Virus record (IMG/VR): IMGVR_UViG_3300024520_000007
Coordinates: 1 to 47,534 of that record
Reading direction: 5' to 3' (one strand)
DNA: 47,534 nucleotides
Origin: a virus
The notes beneath the pieces were generated by a model. The model was not told the origin of the DNA. It saw only the letters and a program-made list of their open reading frames with translations, and searched no databases. Below are positions 9,073-15,774 of the stretch, piece by piece (positions within the stretch are counted from its first letter, which is position 1; every line of letters begins with the position of its first letter). The translations under genes were made by a program, and so were the position numbers.

Positions 9073-9207
9073 ATGAAACGCATCAGAAACCTCATCATAG
9101 CCCTCATCACCCAGAAGGCTACGGCTCAGCAAGAACGAGACGCCAGAGTACAAGCGTACATCGAACGAATCAGAATCAGCCTACAGCAAAATAAGGGGCG
9201 CAACTAA
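9073..9207 (+). CDS. Small protein (44 aa; 52 aa if started at 9049)
   Basis: aaaGGAGAGAATCAATG start-associated sequence; translated by hand as MKRIRNLIIALITQKATAQQERDARVQAYIERIRISLQQNKGRN. Confidence 0.4.
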   Translation: MKRIRNLIIALITQKATAQQERDARVQAYIERIRISLQQNKGRN

Positions 9208-9208
9208 G

Positions 9209-9406
9209 ATGATATCGAACCCAAGATCAATAACCCTCTACCGCTCATTATGCGGAAAAGAGATTAAGGCCGGAACCTTTTCGGATCTGGTAATTTGGAT
9301 TAACCTCTTAGCTAAAAAATATCAACTGAGCAAGAAGCGTGATGCTCAGATGCACAAACTATACAAGCAAGAATACAGCAGAAACTTCAGCCAGAGACAA
9401 AATTGA
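9209..9406 (+). CDS. Hypothetical protein (65 aa)
   Basis: ORF track; ATG lies 1 nt after the upstream stop. Confidence 0.5.
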   Translation: MISNPRSITLYRSLCGKEIKAGTFSDLVIWINLLAKKYQLSKKRDAQMHKLYKQEYSRNFSQRQN

Positions 9407-9441
9407 CGCAACATACCCAACACTAAAGGAGAAACGCTAAG

Positions 9442-9918
9442 ATGAGTTTAAGCGAGAAACTACACGGCAGAAACCAAGAACTTTACGCCAAGCTGGTAAG
9501 CCCAATGGGAGCCAGCGGTACGGTTGAGGGCGAGATGCTGAGAGCCACCAACAAAATCGGATATCGGTATTACAACGACGGGGATGTGTTCTACGAAGGA
9601 TACGGTGCTGAAACAGCGGGACAGGCACACTCCTTCCTCTCCAATTCTGACGAAATCCCCTTGGAAATCAGAATCAAGCTCCGGCACGAATTCCAGCAAG
9701 CCGAGAACTTTTGCTTGAGGGACGCATACAAAGAAATGCTGGAGAACATTCACCAGATTACGGTTGACTATATCGAGGGCAAAAGTGAAGGGGGATGCAC
9801 TCCATCGGATGTGGATATGCTCGACTTCGAATCCGAATACGAAGATTTCGGAGAGGGGATAGATTGGTATGAAGATGACGACGAGGAATTAGACGAAATC
9901 TGGAACGCAGAAATATAA
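9442..9918 (+). CDS. Hypothetical protein with a very acidic C-terminus (158 aa)
   Basis: RBS AAGGAGAaacgctaagATG; C-terminus DMLDFESEYEDFGEGIDWYEDDDEELDEIWNAEI. Confidence 0.6.
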   Translation: MSLSEKLHGRNQELYAKLVSPMGASGTVEGEMLRATNKIGYRYYNDGDVFYEGYGAETAGQAHSFLSNSDEIPLEIRIKLRHEFQQAENFCLRDAYKEMLENIHQITVDYIEGKSEGGCTPSDVDMLDFESEYEDFGEGIDWYEDDDEELDEIWNAEI

Positions 9919-9991
9919 CGCAGAGCCGCCTATCTTCGGATAGGTGTAATGCGGCTGGCATGGAGCCAACGGTGGCAAGCCCGGACAAAAG
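9916..9991 (+). ncRNA. Twister-like double-pseudoknot RNA, copy A (candidate self-cleaving ribozyme, with extra P3-like hairpin)
   Basis: UAA-CGCA-GAG-CC / hairpin CCTATC-ttcg-GATAGG / U^AA-UGCG-GC / TGGC-atgga-GCCA / CGG-UGGCAAGC-CCG-GACAAAAG. The loop GGC can pair with the 5' GCC, and the loop GC with the GC after UGCG. Confidence 0.55.
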
Positions 9992-10021
9992 AGCCAACAG
10001 CCTTAATCTAAGGAGAAACAA

Positions 10022-10780
10022 ATGTCGAATCTCATGCTTCATTGTGGGGCGCACCTCACAGAAAAGAACGAAGTGCTGGCAACGAAAGCACCAGCACCGA
10101 CCCGTTCACACTTCCCTATCGACCACAGCGTCTTGATAGAGGAAGCGGAAAATCTCATCAGTAAAGTGGGTTACGAAATCACTACCGAAGCTCACGCCCT
10201 CTCCCATGAGGAAATGCGGTACTTTGGACTGTACGAACTCACCAGCAATATCGAGGGAGTAGGTGACTACAACCCAGTGGTAGGTTTACGGAACAGCCAC
10301 GATATGTGCTACGCCGCCGGATTGGTGTGCGGCAAAAGCGTGTTCGTATGTGACAACCTGAGCTTCAGCGGCGACTATAAGTTCAGCCGGAAGCACACAA
10401 AAAACGGTGAGGAAGAAACCCTATCGGGAATGGCTGAAGTTTTTGCTCAGCTACCAGCCTTTGAGGAAAAGTTAAAGGAACGGGTGGACCTATACAAGAA
10501 CACCGAGGTGCCGAGGGATATCAGCAAGTTTATCATCGAATGTGCCAAACGGCGCATCATCGCTCCAAACCAAGTTGTCAACGTGTACGACGAATGGAAC
10601 GAGCCGAAGGACAACTTCGGAGATGAGCCAAGAAACTTGTGGCGGCTGACAAACGCTTTCACTAGCACCATGAAACAAAAGAAGTACAACGTTTTCCGCA
10701 ACGCTCCGGCAACGCTCAAACTGGACGATATCGTAGGAGAACACTTCGGTATCAAGAGCCTGTTGAACGGAGAGGGGTAA
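10022..10780 (+). CDS. DUF932-like protein (phage/ICE-associated family)
   Basis: VVGLRNSHDMCYAAGLVCGKSVFVCDNLSFSG resembles the DUF932 core; RBS AAGGAGAaacaaATG. Confidence 0.7.
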   Translation: MSNLMLHCGAHLTEKNEVLATKAPAPTRSHFPIDHSVLIEEAENLISKVGYEITTEAHALSHEEMRYFGLYELTSNIEGVGDYNPVVGLRNSHDMCYAAGLVCGKSVFVCDNLSFSGDYKFSRKHTKNGEEETLSGMAEVFAQLPAFEEKLKERVDLYKNTEVPRDISKFIIECAKRRIIAPNQVVNVYDEWNEPKDNFGDEPRNLWRLTNAFTSTMKQKKYNVFRNAPATLKLDDIVGEHFGIKSLLNGEG

Positions 10781-10840
10781 CACAAACTTGCTGGCTCGGC
10801 AAGGTTTCCGAGCCAGCATTATCTACAAAGGAGAGAATCG

Positions 10841-11071
10841 ATGAAAAAGAAATCCCCCTTTAAAGCCATAGACGTATTAACGAATCTCACGATCTACATT
10901 CAGACATTGCATCATGCGTGTTCAGAAAAACAAGTCGCACATGAGCGAAAGCATAAGCCCCCCTCCGATAAGTTTTATCGGGAAAGGATAGGATATTTGC
11001 AAGCTCTGGAAGACATACAAATGCAGATCACACGCATAGAAACAGAAAAGGAAAAAGGAGAGAATCAATGA
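10841..11071 (+). CDS. Hypothetical protein (76 aa)
   Basis: Start-associated sequence aaaGGAGAGAATCGATG. Confidence 0.55.
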   Translation: MKKKSPFKAIDVLTNLTIYIQTLHHACSEKQVAHERKHKPPSDKFYRERIGYLQALEDIQMQITRIETEKEKGENQ

Positions 11072-11673
11072 AGGGTACGGTTTGGAGATTGGGAGCATTG
11101 ATGCACCAGTATTCCCGGCTTAACGGGGATTGCGAAGATGTTCTTTTGTTTGAGACAGAAGCGAAAATGGAAAGATACATCAAAAAGATCATGTGCGATT
11201 TTGACCAGCTTGTTAAAGATGGGGTTTGTTCTTCCCTTGAGGAACCTTCGTTTCGCAAAAGAAAGATCAGTTTTGATTCTAAAGAAGATTTGTGTTTTTC
11301 CCTTTCCCTAATGCGTCAGTCTTACTACATGGAACAGGAAAGCGAAGATGAATGCGGTGAGATGGAATATCACGAGCCGGAATCTGTGGATGGCGAACAT
11401 TCGTATTACCAGTTTATGGTACAGGAATACAGGAACAGAAAGGAGAGGGAGATATCCAAACTCCAAAAGGAGCAAACGCTTGCTGAGGAAACCCTTACCC
11501 TCTCCCATAAGGAACTCTACATGAAACTGGTGAAAAAGTTTCACCCTGATAAAGCGAACAGGAAAAATCAGGTTGACAGGTTCACACGCATCACCAAGGA
11601 AGTCAACCGCTATAACGACCTACAGGCAACATCAAAGTTACGGGAAATCTACATACAGGAGATGATAAGATGA
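11068..11673 (+). CDS. J-domain (DnaJ-like) protein
   Basis: C-terminal LYMKLVKKFHPDKANRKNQVDRFTRITKEVNRYNDL carries the HPD tripeptide; start-associated sequence; ATGA overlap upstream. Confidence 0.7.
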   Translation: MKGTVWRLGALMHQYSRLNGDCEDVLLFETEAKMERYIKKIMCDFDQLVKDGVCSSLEEPSFRKRKISFDSKEDLCFSLSLMRQSYYMEQESEDECGEMEYHEPESVDGEHSYYQFMVQEYRNRKEREISKLQKEQTLAEETLTLSHKELYMKLVKKFHPDKANRKNQVDRFTRITKEVNRYNDLQATSKLREIYIQEMIR

Positions 11674-11993
11674 ATAAGCAACTCAGGAAATCTATTGTAA
11701 CTCAAGGATCTTCTTACAGCGAAACGGCACAACGTATCCAGAACCGTCAGGAAGTTGACAATCTGGCTCGGAGCATTTGTAGTTTCACCAGCCATTTAAA
11801 AGACGTACAGGAAGATTTCTGTGTGGAGCTTTGCCAGCAACACCGCACACACCAGCAATCGGTGATGCGTTTGTTCATGCGGTTTGTAGACAAGCTGGCT
11901 GAAAATCCTACCGATATGAGGAACGAAGCGGCTGTGGAACTGGCACAGAAAATCAAAGAACAATTCCCCGATCCTTATCTACCCTATATATAG
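11670..11993 (+). CDS. Hypothetical protein (107 aa)
   Basis: ATGA overlap with the upstream gene; GGAGA RBS. Confidence 0.55.
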   Translation: MNKQLRKSIVTQGSSYSETAQRIQNRQEVDNLARSICSFTSHLKDVQEDFCVELCQQHRTHQQSVMRLFMRFVDKLAENPTDMRNEAAVELAQKIKEQFPDPYLPYI

Positions 11994-12141
11994 CACGGGT
12001 TAAGGTGGGTTGACACAAAACCCCAAATCCGGGGGTTTGAATTATCTAGGGATACGGAAGTTACGGCTGAGCCGGAGCGGGAAAAGGCGTGAATAAAACG
12101 TCTTTTTTTGCGTTTTATCCCTGTTTTCTTATCAATCTAGC

Positions 12142-12170
12142 TTGCAATATAGAAACCTAGATGCTATAAT
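12142..12170 (+). promoter_or_regulatory. Early promoter P2 (TTGCAA-17-TGcTATAAT), paralog of P1
   Basis: -35 at 12142..12147, TATAAT at 12165..12170. About 105 nt (12103..12206) are near-identical to 8974..9080. Confidence 0.7.
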
Positions 12171-12200
12171 AAGGGTATGAAACAACAAAGGAGAGAATCA

Positions 12201-12575
12201 ATGAAACGGAACACAACAAAAAAATTCGACGCTAAAACTGGGATGCGGCTGACAACCTGTTGTGCCGCACACAGCACATACATGGATGACGGAATCGGAG
12301 GAATGGATTTGTGCTGTAAGGCTTGCTACTACGAAGTCGAAGTTGGAGAAGGGGATGGCAACGAATACAAAAAAAGAGAAATCACCAAGAATGAATTAAT
12401 GCAAGAAATCGTTGATCTTTTTGCCCAACATTCCTATCAGGCAACGCCAAACTTGGTCAGGGCATACGCCAAAAGAATGATGAGCATCTACCGGGAATAT
12501 GACCTCTGTGGAGAAGAAATCTTCAAGCAGATAGAAACCAGATACACAATAACAATCTTCGGAAACGGATCATAA
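12201..12575 (+). CDS. Cys-rich hypothetical protein (124 aa)
   Basis: Start-associated sequence; N-terminal TTCCAAHSTYMDDGIGGMDLCCKACYYE suggests metal binding. Confidence 0.6.
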   Translation: MKRNTTKKFDAKTGMRLTTCCAAHSTYMDDGIGGMDLCCKACYYEVEVGEGDGNEYKKREITKNELMQEIVDLFAQHSYQATPNLVRAYAKRMMSIYREYDLCGEEIFKQIETRYTITIFGNGS

Positions 12576-12642
12576 ACGCAGAGTCACCCACCCAAATGGG
12601 TGGGGTAATGCGACCGAATGGCGGTGGCAAGTCCGCAAGGAA
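12573..12642 (+). ncRNA. Twister-like double-pseudoknot RNA, copy B
   Basis: UAAA-CGCA-GAG-UC / CCCACCC-aaat-GGGTGGG / U^AA-UGCG-AC-CGAAUG / GCGG-UGGCAAGU-CCGC. Loop GGC pairs with GUC (one G-U); loop GU pairs with AC. Confidence 0.55.
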
Positions 12643-12672
12643 TCAACACAATATCGTATGGAGAGAATCAAA

Positions 12673-13002
12673 ATGAAGACGAAACAATTTCAAGAAGCAA
12701 ATCAGAGAGCGTGGGACAAGTTTCACTCTGAAAACGGACATATTATTCGGAAGCGCAAGTATGGGAAGAACACTCTTTTGGGATATCCCAAAGTTGAGCT
12801 TTGGGATTGGCTTGACAACCTTCTGGAATCTGGGGTAACGAAAGCCGAAATGTGTGATGCTCCTCATTTGATGGAACGAGAATTCGGACTATCCTTTCAA
12901 AAAGCGGAAAGAGTTTGGGATTCATGGTATAGAGAAGCGTCACGCATACAATCTAACGCATACTACAAAATCTTCCGTAGAAAATCTTCTTCATGCCTTT
13001 AA
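12673..13002 (+). CDS. Hypothetical protein, paralog of 13110..13310
   Basis: SD-led ATG at 12673, preferred over 12658. ELWDWLDNLLESGVT...LMEREFGLSFQKAERVWDSW aligns with the next gene. Confidence 0.6.
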   Translation: MKTKQFQEANQRAWDKFHSENGHIIRKRKYGKNTLLGYPKVELWDWLDNLLESGVTKAEMCDAPHLMEREFGLSFQKAERVWDSWYREASRIQSNAYYKIFRRKSSSCL

Positions 13003-13077
13003 ACGCAGAGTCACCCACCCAAATGGGTGGGCGTAATGCGGCTGGCATGGAGCCAACGGTGACAAGCCCGGACAAAG
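13000..13077 (+). ncRNA. Twister-like double-pseudoknot RNA, copy C (with P3-like hairpin)
   Basis: Same 5' half as copy B and same 3' half as copy A. The loop is UGACAAGC, so GAC pairs with the 5' GUC by Watson-Crick pairing (a compensatory change). Confidence 0.55.
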
Positions 13078-13109
13078 AGCATTTAATCCTAACCAAAGGA
13101 GAGAATCAA

Positions 13110-13310
13110 ATGAGTGCAAAACGCAAGCATGGCACGAGGGGTTTTACCCAAGCCGAGCTTTTCAGATTCCTTGATAACCTCAGAGAATCAGGGGCGATCA
13201 ATATGTACGGTGCGCCACGAGTGATGGAACAACAAATGGGGCTGTCCTCAAAAGAAGCCAAAGAAGTGTGGGTAGCATGGACAGAAACTTTTCAAGGAGA
13301 GAATCGATGA
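13110..13310 (+). CDS. Hypothetical protein (66 aa), paralog of 12673..13002
   Basis: Start-associated sequence aaaGGAGAGAATCAAATG; ELFRFLDNLRESGAINMYGAPRVMEQQMGLSSKEAKEVWVAW. Confidence 0.6.
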   Translation: MSAKRKHGTRGFTQAELFRFLDNLRESGAINMYGAPRVMEQQMGLSSKEAKEVWVAWTETFQGENR

Positions 13311-13597
13311 ATCTTAAACCAAGCACGAAATTCTACACAGTCCATCCAGCGTGGCGTATGGACGCTGGCTCAGGAATGTCAGCATCAGTACCCGAAGGCA
13401 TCCGAGAATTTGACCATTTCCCACCAAGCGAAGATGGAATATGTGGGGTGAAATGGATTAATGAAAAACCGAATTTCACACTAATCGGGATCAAGAAAAA
13501 AGCTGACGGAACCTTAAAACGCTACGACAGGCTTTTCCCCATTTTCAATCGAAACGGGGATGTTCCTACACGCAAAGAAGCCGAGGGGAATCAATAA
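13307..13597 (+). CDS. Hypothetical protein (96 aa)
   Basis: Start-associated sequence caaGGAGAGAATCGATG; ATGA overlap with the upstream stop. Confidence 0.55.
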   Translation: MNLKPSTKFYTVHPAWRMDAGSGMSASVPEGIREFDHFPPSEDGICGVKWINEKPNFTLIGIKKKADGTLKRYDRLFPIFNRNGDVPTRKEAEGNQ

Positions 13598-13665
13598 CGC
13601 AGAGCCACCCACCTCTCCGGGGGTGGGGTAATGCGACCGATTGGCGGTGGCAAGTCCGCAAGGAA
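13595..13665 (+). ncRNA. Twister-like double-pseudoknot RNA, copy D
   Basis: UAA-CGCA-GAG-CC / CCCACC...GGTGGG hairpin / U^AA-UGCG-AC-CGAUUG / GCGG-UGGCAAGU-CCGC. Confidence 0.55.
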
Positions 13666-13692
13666 AACCAATATCGTATGGAGAGAATCAAA

Positions 13693-13974
13693 ATGACTTA
13701 CGAAGCAATCGTAAAAAAGAGCATTGATATGTCACACGCTTACTTCAAGCAGTGTCCTTGCACTGAAGAATCCATCAGGGATTACGCATATCGAATGAGC
13801 TTTTTCTGGAAGCTGGAAATCGACAGACTCGAAAGGCCCGTGCATATTGGAGAAGGGCTTTACCGTTATCCAAAGACGGGTCTGGATTCCCTAATGGTTG
13901 AGGAGCTTTATCATAGCCTGATGCACGAAATTGACGCAACCCACCCAACAATAAAGTGGAACGCAGAAATATAA
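13693..13974 (+). CDS. Hypothetical protein (93 aa)
   Basis: SD-led ATG at 13693. It ends WNAEI, like 9442..9918, because the last 17 coding nt are shared. Confidence 0.55.
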   Translation: MTYEAIVKKSIDMSHAYFKQCPCTEESIRDYAYRMSFFWKLEIDRLERPVHIGEGLYRYPKTGLDSLMVEELYHSLMHEIDATHPTIKWNAEI

Positions 13975-14042
13975 CGCAGAGCCACCCACCTCTCCGGGGG
14001 TGGGGTAATGCGACCGATTGGCGGTGGCAAGTCCGTAAGGAA
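13972..14042 (+). ncRNA. Twister-like double-pseudoknot RNA, copy E
   Basis: As copy D, but the loop-closing stem is GCGG/CCGU (a G-U pair). Confidence 0.55.
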
Positions 14043-14070
14043 AAACCAATATCGTATGGAGAGAATCAAA

Positions 14071-14559
14071 ATGCCAGAATTGTATACAACTCCGAGCGTG
14101 GCTGATGTAGCCATGCGTAATCACATGAGGGGTGATGACATGAAGTCTGATTGGCAGGGACAGGTCGATCAATCACACCCAAACGATTTGACTGGTCAAA
14201 TGAAGATACAACAGCCAGTTACAAATAACCAAAGGGGAGAATCAACGATGACATACAGCCAAGCTAAAGAACTGATAAACATGATGGGGCGTGACCACCT
14301 CGTTGAACTTCTCGGCTGGATGGAAGAAGATGCACTTGTTGCCGCACTGGATTTGGGGCTGGCATGGAACATCCATGACGATTTCCAATATGAGGGAGAA
14401 CACAGTAACGATGAGGAGTTTGTCCAAGAAATGTTGGACGGAACAGGTGACATCCCTCACGATTTACCAGCCTATATCCACATAGATTGGACTGCCACAG
14501 CCCGTGACATAATGATGGATTACAGCGAATCGGGGGGGCATTATTTCCGTAGTGTTTAG
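14071..14559 (+). CDS. ArdA-like antirestriction candidate, with a second in-frame start-associated sequence at 14248
   Basis: C-terminal half EEFVQEMLDGTGDIPHDLPAYIHIDWTATARDIMMDYSESGGHYFRSV resembles the ArdA C-terminal motif (from memory). The sequence is acidic. Confidence 0.5.
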   Translation: MPELYTTPSVADVAMRNHMRGDDMKSDWQGQVDQSHPNDLTGQMKIQQPVTNNQRGESTMTYSQAKELINMMGRDHLVELLGWMEEDALVAALDLGLAWNIHDDFQYEGEHSNDEEFVQEMLDGTGDIPHDLPAYIHIDWTATARDIMMDYSESGGHYFRSV

Positions 14560-14560
14560 C

Positions 14561-14590
14561 TTGCCGCTCAGTGACCTAATATGCTATAAT
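14561..14590 (+). promoter_or_regulatory. Early/middle promoter P3 (TTGCCG-18-TGcTATAAT)
   Basis: It shares tagcttgc...atgctataataag with P1 and P2. Confidence 0.6.
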
Positions 14591-14671
14591 AAGGTAAGGG
14601 GAGCAATGACGAGTTGCTCCCCTTAGTAAACCAAAAATCCGGTTTTCACCGGAAACCAAAAGGAGTCTACC

Positions 14672-14815
14672 ATGACTGCCATAATAGTTTCAAGAGATTA
14701 TCCTTTCTCCATCCGCAACCGTAGAATGCTGGAGAAAGTTCACATGGGGCTGGTTCGCCGGAACCTCACTAGGATCTTAATCATCGTTGCTGTAACGGCA
14801 ATGATATTACTCTAA
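14672..14815 (+). CDS. Small membrane protein (47 aa)
   Basis: RBS aaAGGAGtctaccATG; C-terminus ILIIVAVTAMILL; translated by hand. Confidence 0.35.
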   Translation: MTAIIVSRDYPFSIRNRRMLEKVHMGLVRRNLTRILIIVAVTAMILL

Positions 14816-14832
14816 TATCGTATGGAGCCAAA

Positions 14833-15537
14833 ATGCCAGAGAAAAATCAAACGCCGGATTCGGGATCTGTAAAGATCAAAGGGAATCCTTACACCAAAGT
14901 TTGGAAACGGCGGGATGAGTTTCTCCTTGATATCGGGTTCAAAGCCCTTATCAATGAGAAGGAACTGACTTCACTAAAGCGTGAGACGACCATCGTGGAA
15001 GAAAATGACGAGTTTCTTCATATGCTATGTACCCTGTCAGTCCAATTCGGAGACCTCGACTTCAACGTTGAGGGTAACGCCCGAAATTGGAAAACCCATA
15101 CCAAAGAAGATGCCAAGCTGATAGAGAAATGTGAAAGTATCGCTTTCGGTCGAGCCTTGTCTGTATTGGGTTACGGGGGTGAAATGGCTACGGCTGAGGA
15201 AATGCAATCCATCGATGAAGATGGTAAACAGATTGAGAAAAACCACGCCATGAAGAAAGCTAAGGAAGCTGAGGAAGTCAAGAAACAGCAACAGCAGGGT
15301 TTTGAAGACAGAGAATCAGCCGTGAGTTTCGGCACGAAAGGGGAAATCACGAACGCCAAAAATAAATTGTTGGGCTTGGGTATGTCAGCCAAAGCAATAA
15401 GCAAGCTCTACACAGAGGAGTTTGGTGAGAGAAAAAGTGACACTTTGAATACTGAGGAGCTTAAGAAATTCCTTAGCAATCTGAAATCCAGTGTAGAGGT
15501 GCTGGCGAAAACCGAAACCACAGAACAGGTTTCGTAG
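14833..15537 (+). CDS. Candidate single-strand annealing protein (Rad52/Sak-like)
   Basis: KGNPYTKVW ... KCESIAFGRALSVLGYGGE resembles the conserved end of Rad52-superfamily SSAP cores. The tail is Lys/Glu-rich. The match is weak. Confidence 0.4.
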   Translation: MPEKNQTPDSGSVKIKGNPYTKVWKRRDEFLLDIGFKALINEKELTSLKRETTIVEENDEFLHMLCTLSVQFGDLDFNVEGNARNWKTHTKEDAKLIEKCESIAFGRALSVLGYGGEMATAEEMQSIDEDGKQIEKNHAMKKAKEAEEVKKQQQQGFEDRESAVSFGTKGEITNAKNKLLGLGMSAKAISKLYTEEFGERKSDTLNTEELKKFLSNLKSSVEVLAKTETTEQVS

Positions 15538-15774
15538 TAGTTTAAACTTATGGTGGGAGTTCGGCATTTTGTTAATACAAAACTAGAAATGACGACTTTG
15601 GTTTGGCAAGACGGACAGATAACCAAAGCGATCAATCTCGACCTTGACCAACTATCTCGGCTGTTGTTGCCACGAGTAGAAGCGGGATAGTAGCAACATA
15701 GAAACTATCCATACAAGGGAGAGTCGTGAAGTAAAGCCATGTGCCAACTCCCACCTACCTTAAGGAGAGAATCA

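Noticed and set aside
12010-12045. TTGACA at 12010..12015 as an additional promoter, and the AAACCCC/GGGGTTT hairpin (12018..12038) as a terminator
   Set aside because: There is no acceptable -10 element at 16-19 nt spacing. The hairpin has no free U tract because its Ts are inside the stem. It may still attenuate transcription before P2, but the support is weak.
12993-13109. N-terminal extensions of track ORFs that read through the structured elements (12993..13310 MPLNAESPTQMGG..., 14008..14559 MRPIGGGKSV..., and the MERIKM starts at 12658, 13678 and 14056)
   Set aside because: These extensions overlie the repeated RNA element and lack an SD. In each case a conserved GGAGAGAATC block sits at the proper distance from a downstream in-frame ATG.
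9916-14042. Repeated 70-78-nt elements read as a CRISPR array, integron attC sites, plain rho-independent terminators, or lambda-type boxA/boxB nut sites
   Set aside because: The spacers are 300-600 nt ORFs with their own RBSs, and the repeats are imperfect and long, so this is not a CRISPR array. No integron integrase or R'/R'' core sites were seen. The conserved hairpins lack downstream U tracts. The hairpin loops (ttcg, aaat, tctcc) are not conserved, as a boxB would be. The long-range covariation points instead to a pseudoknotted RNA.
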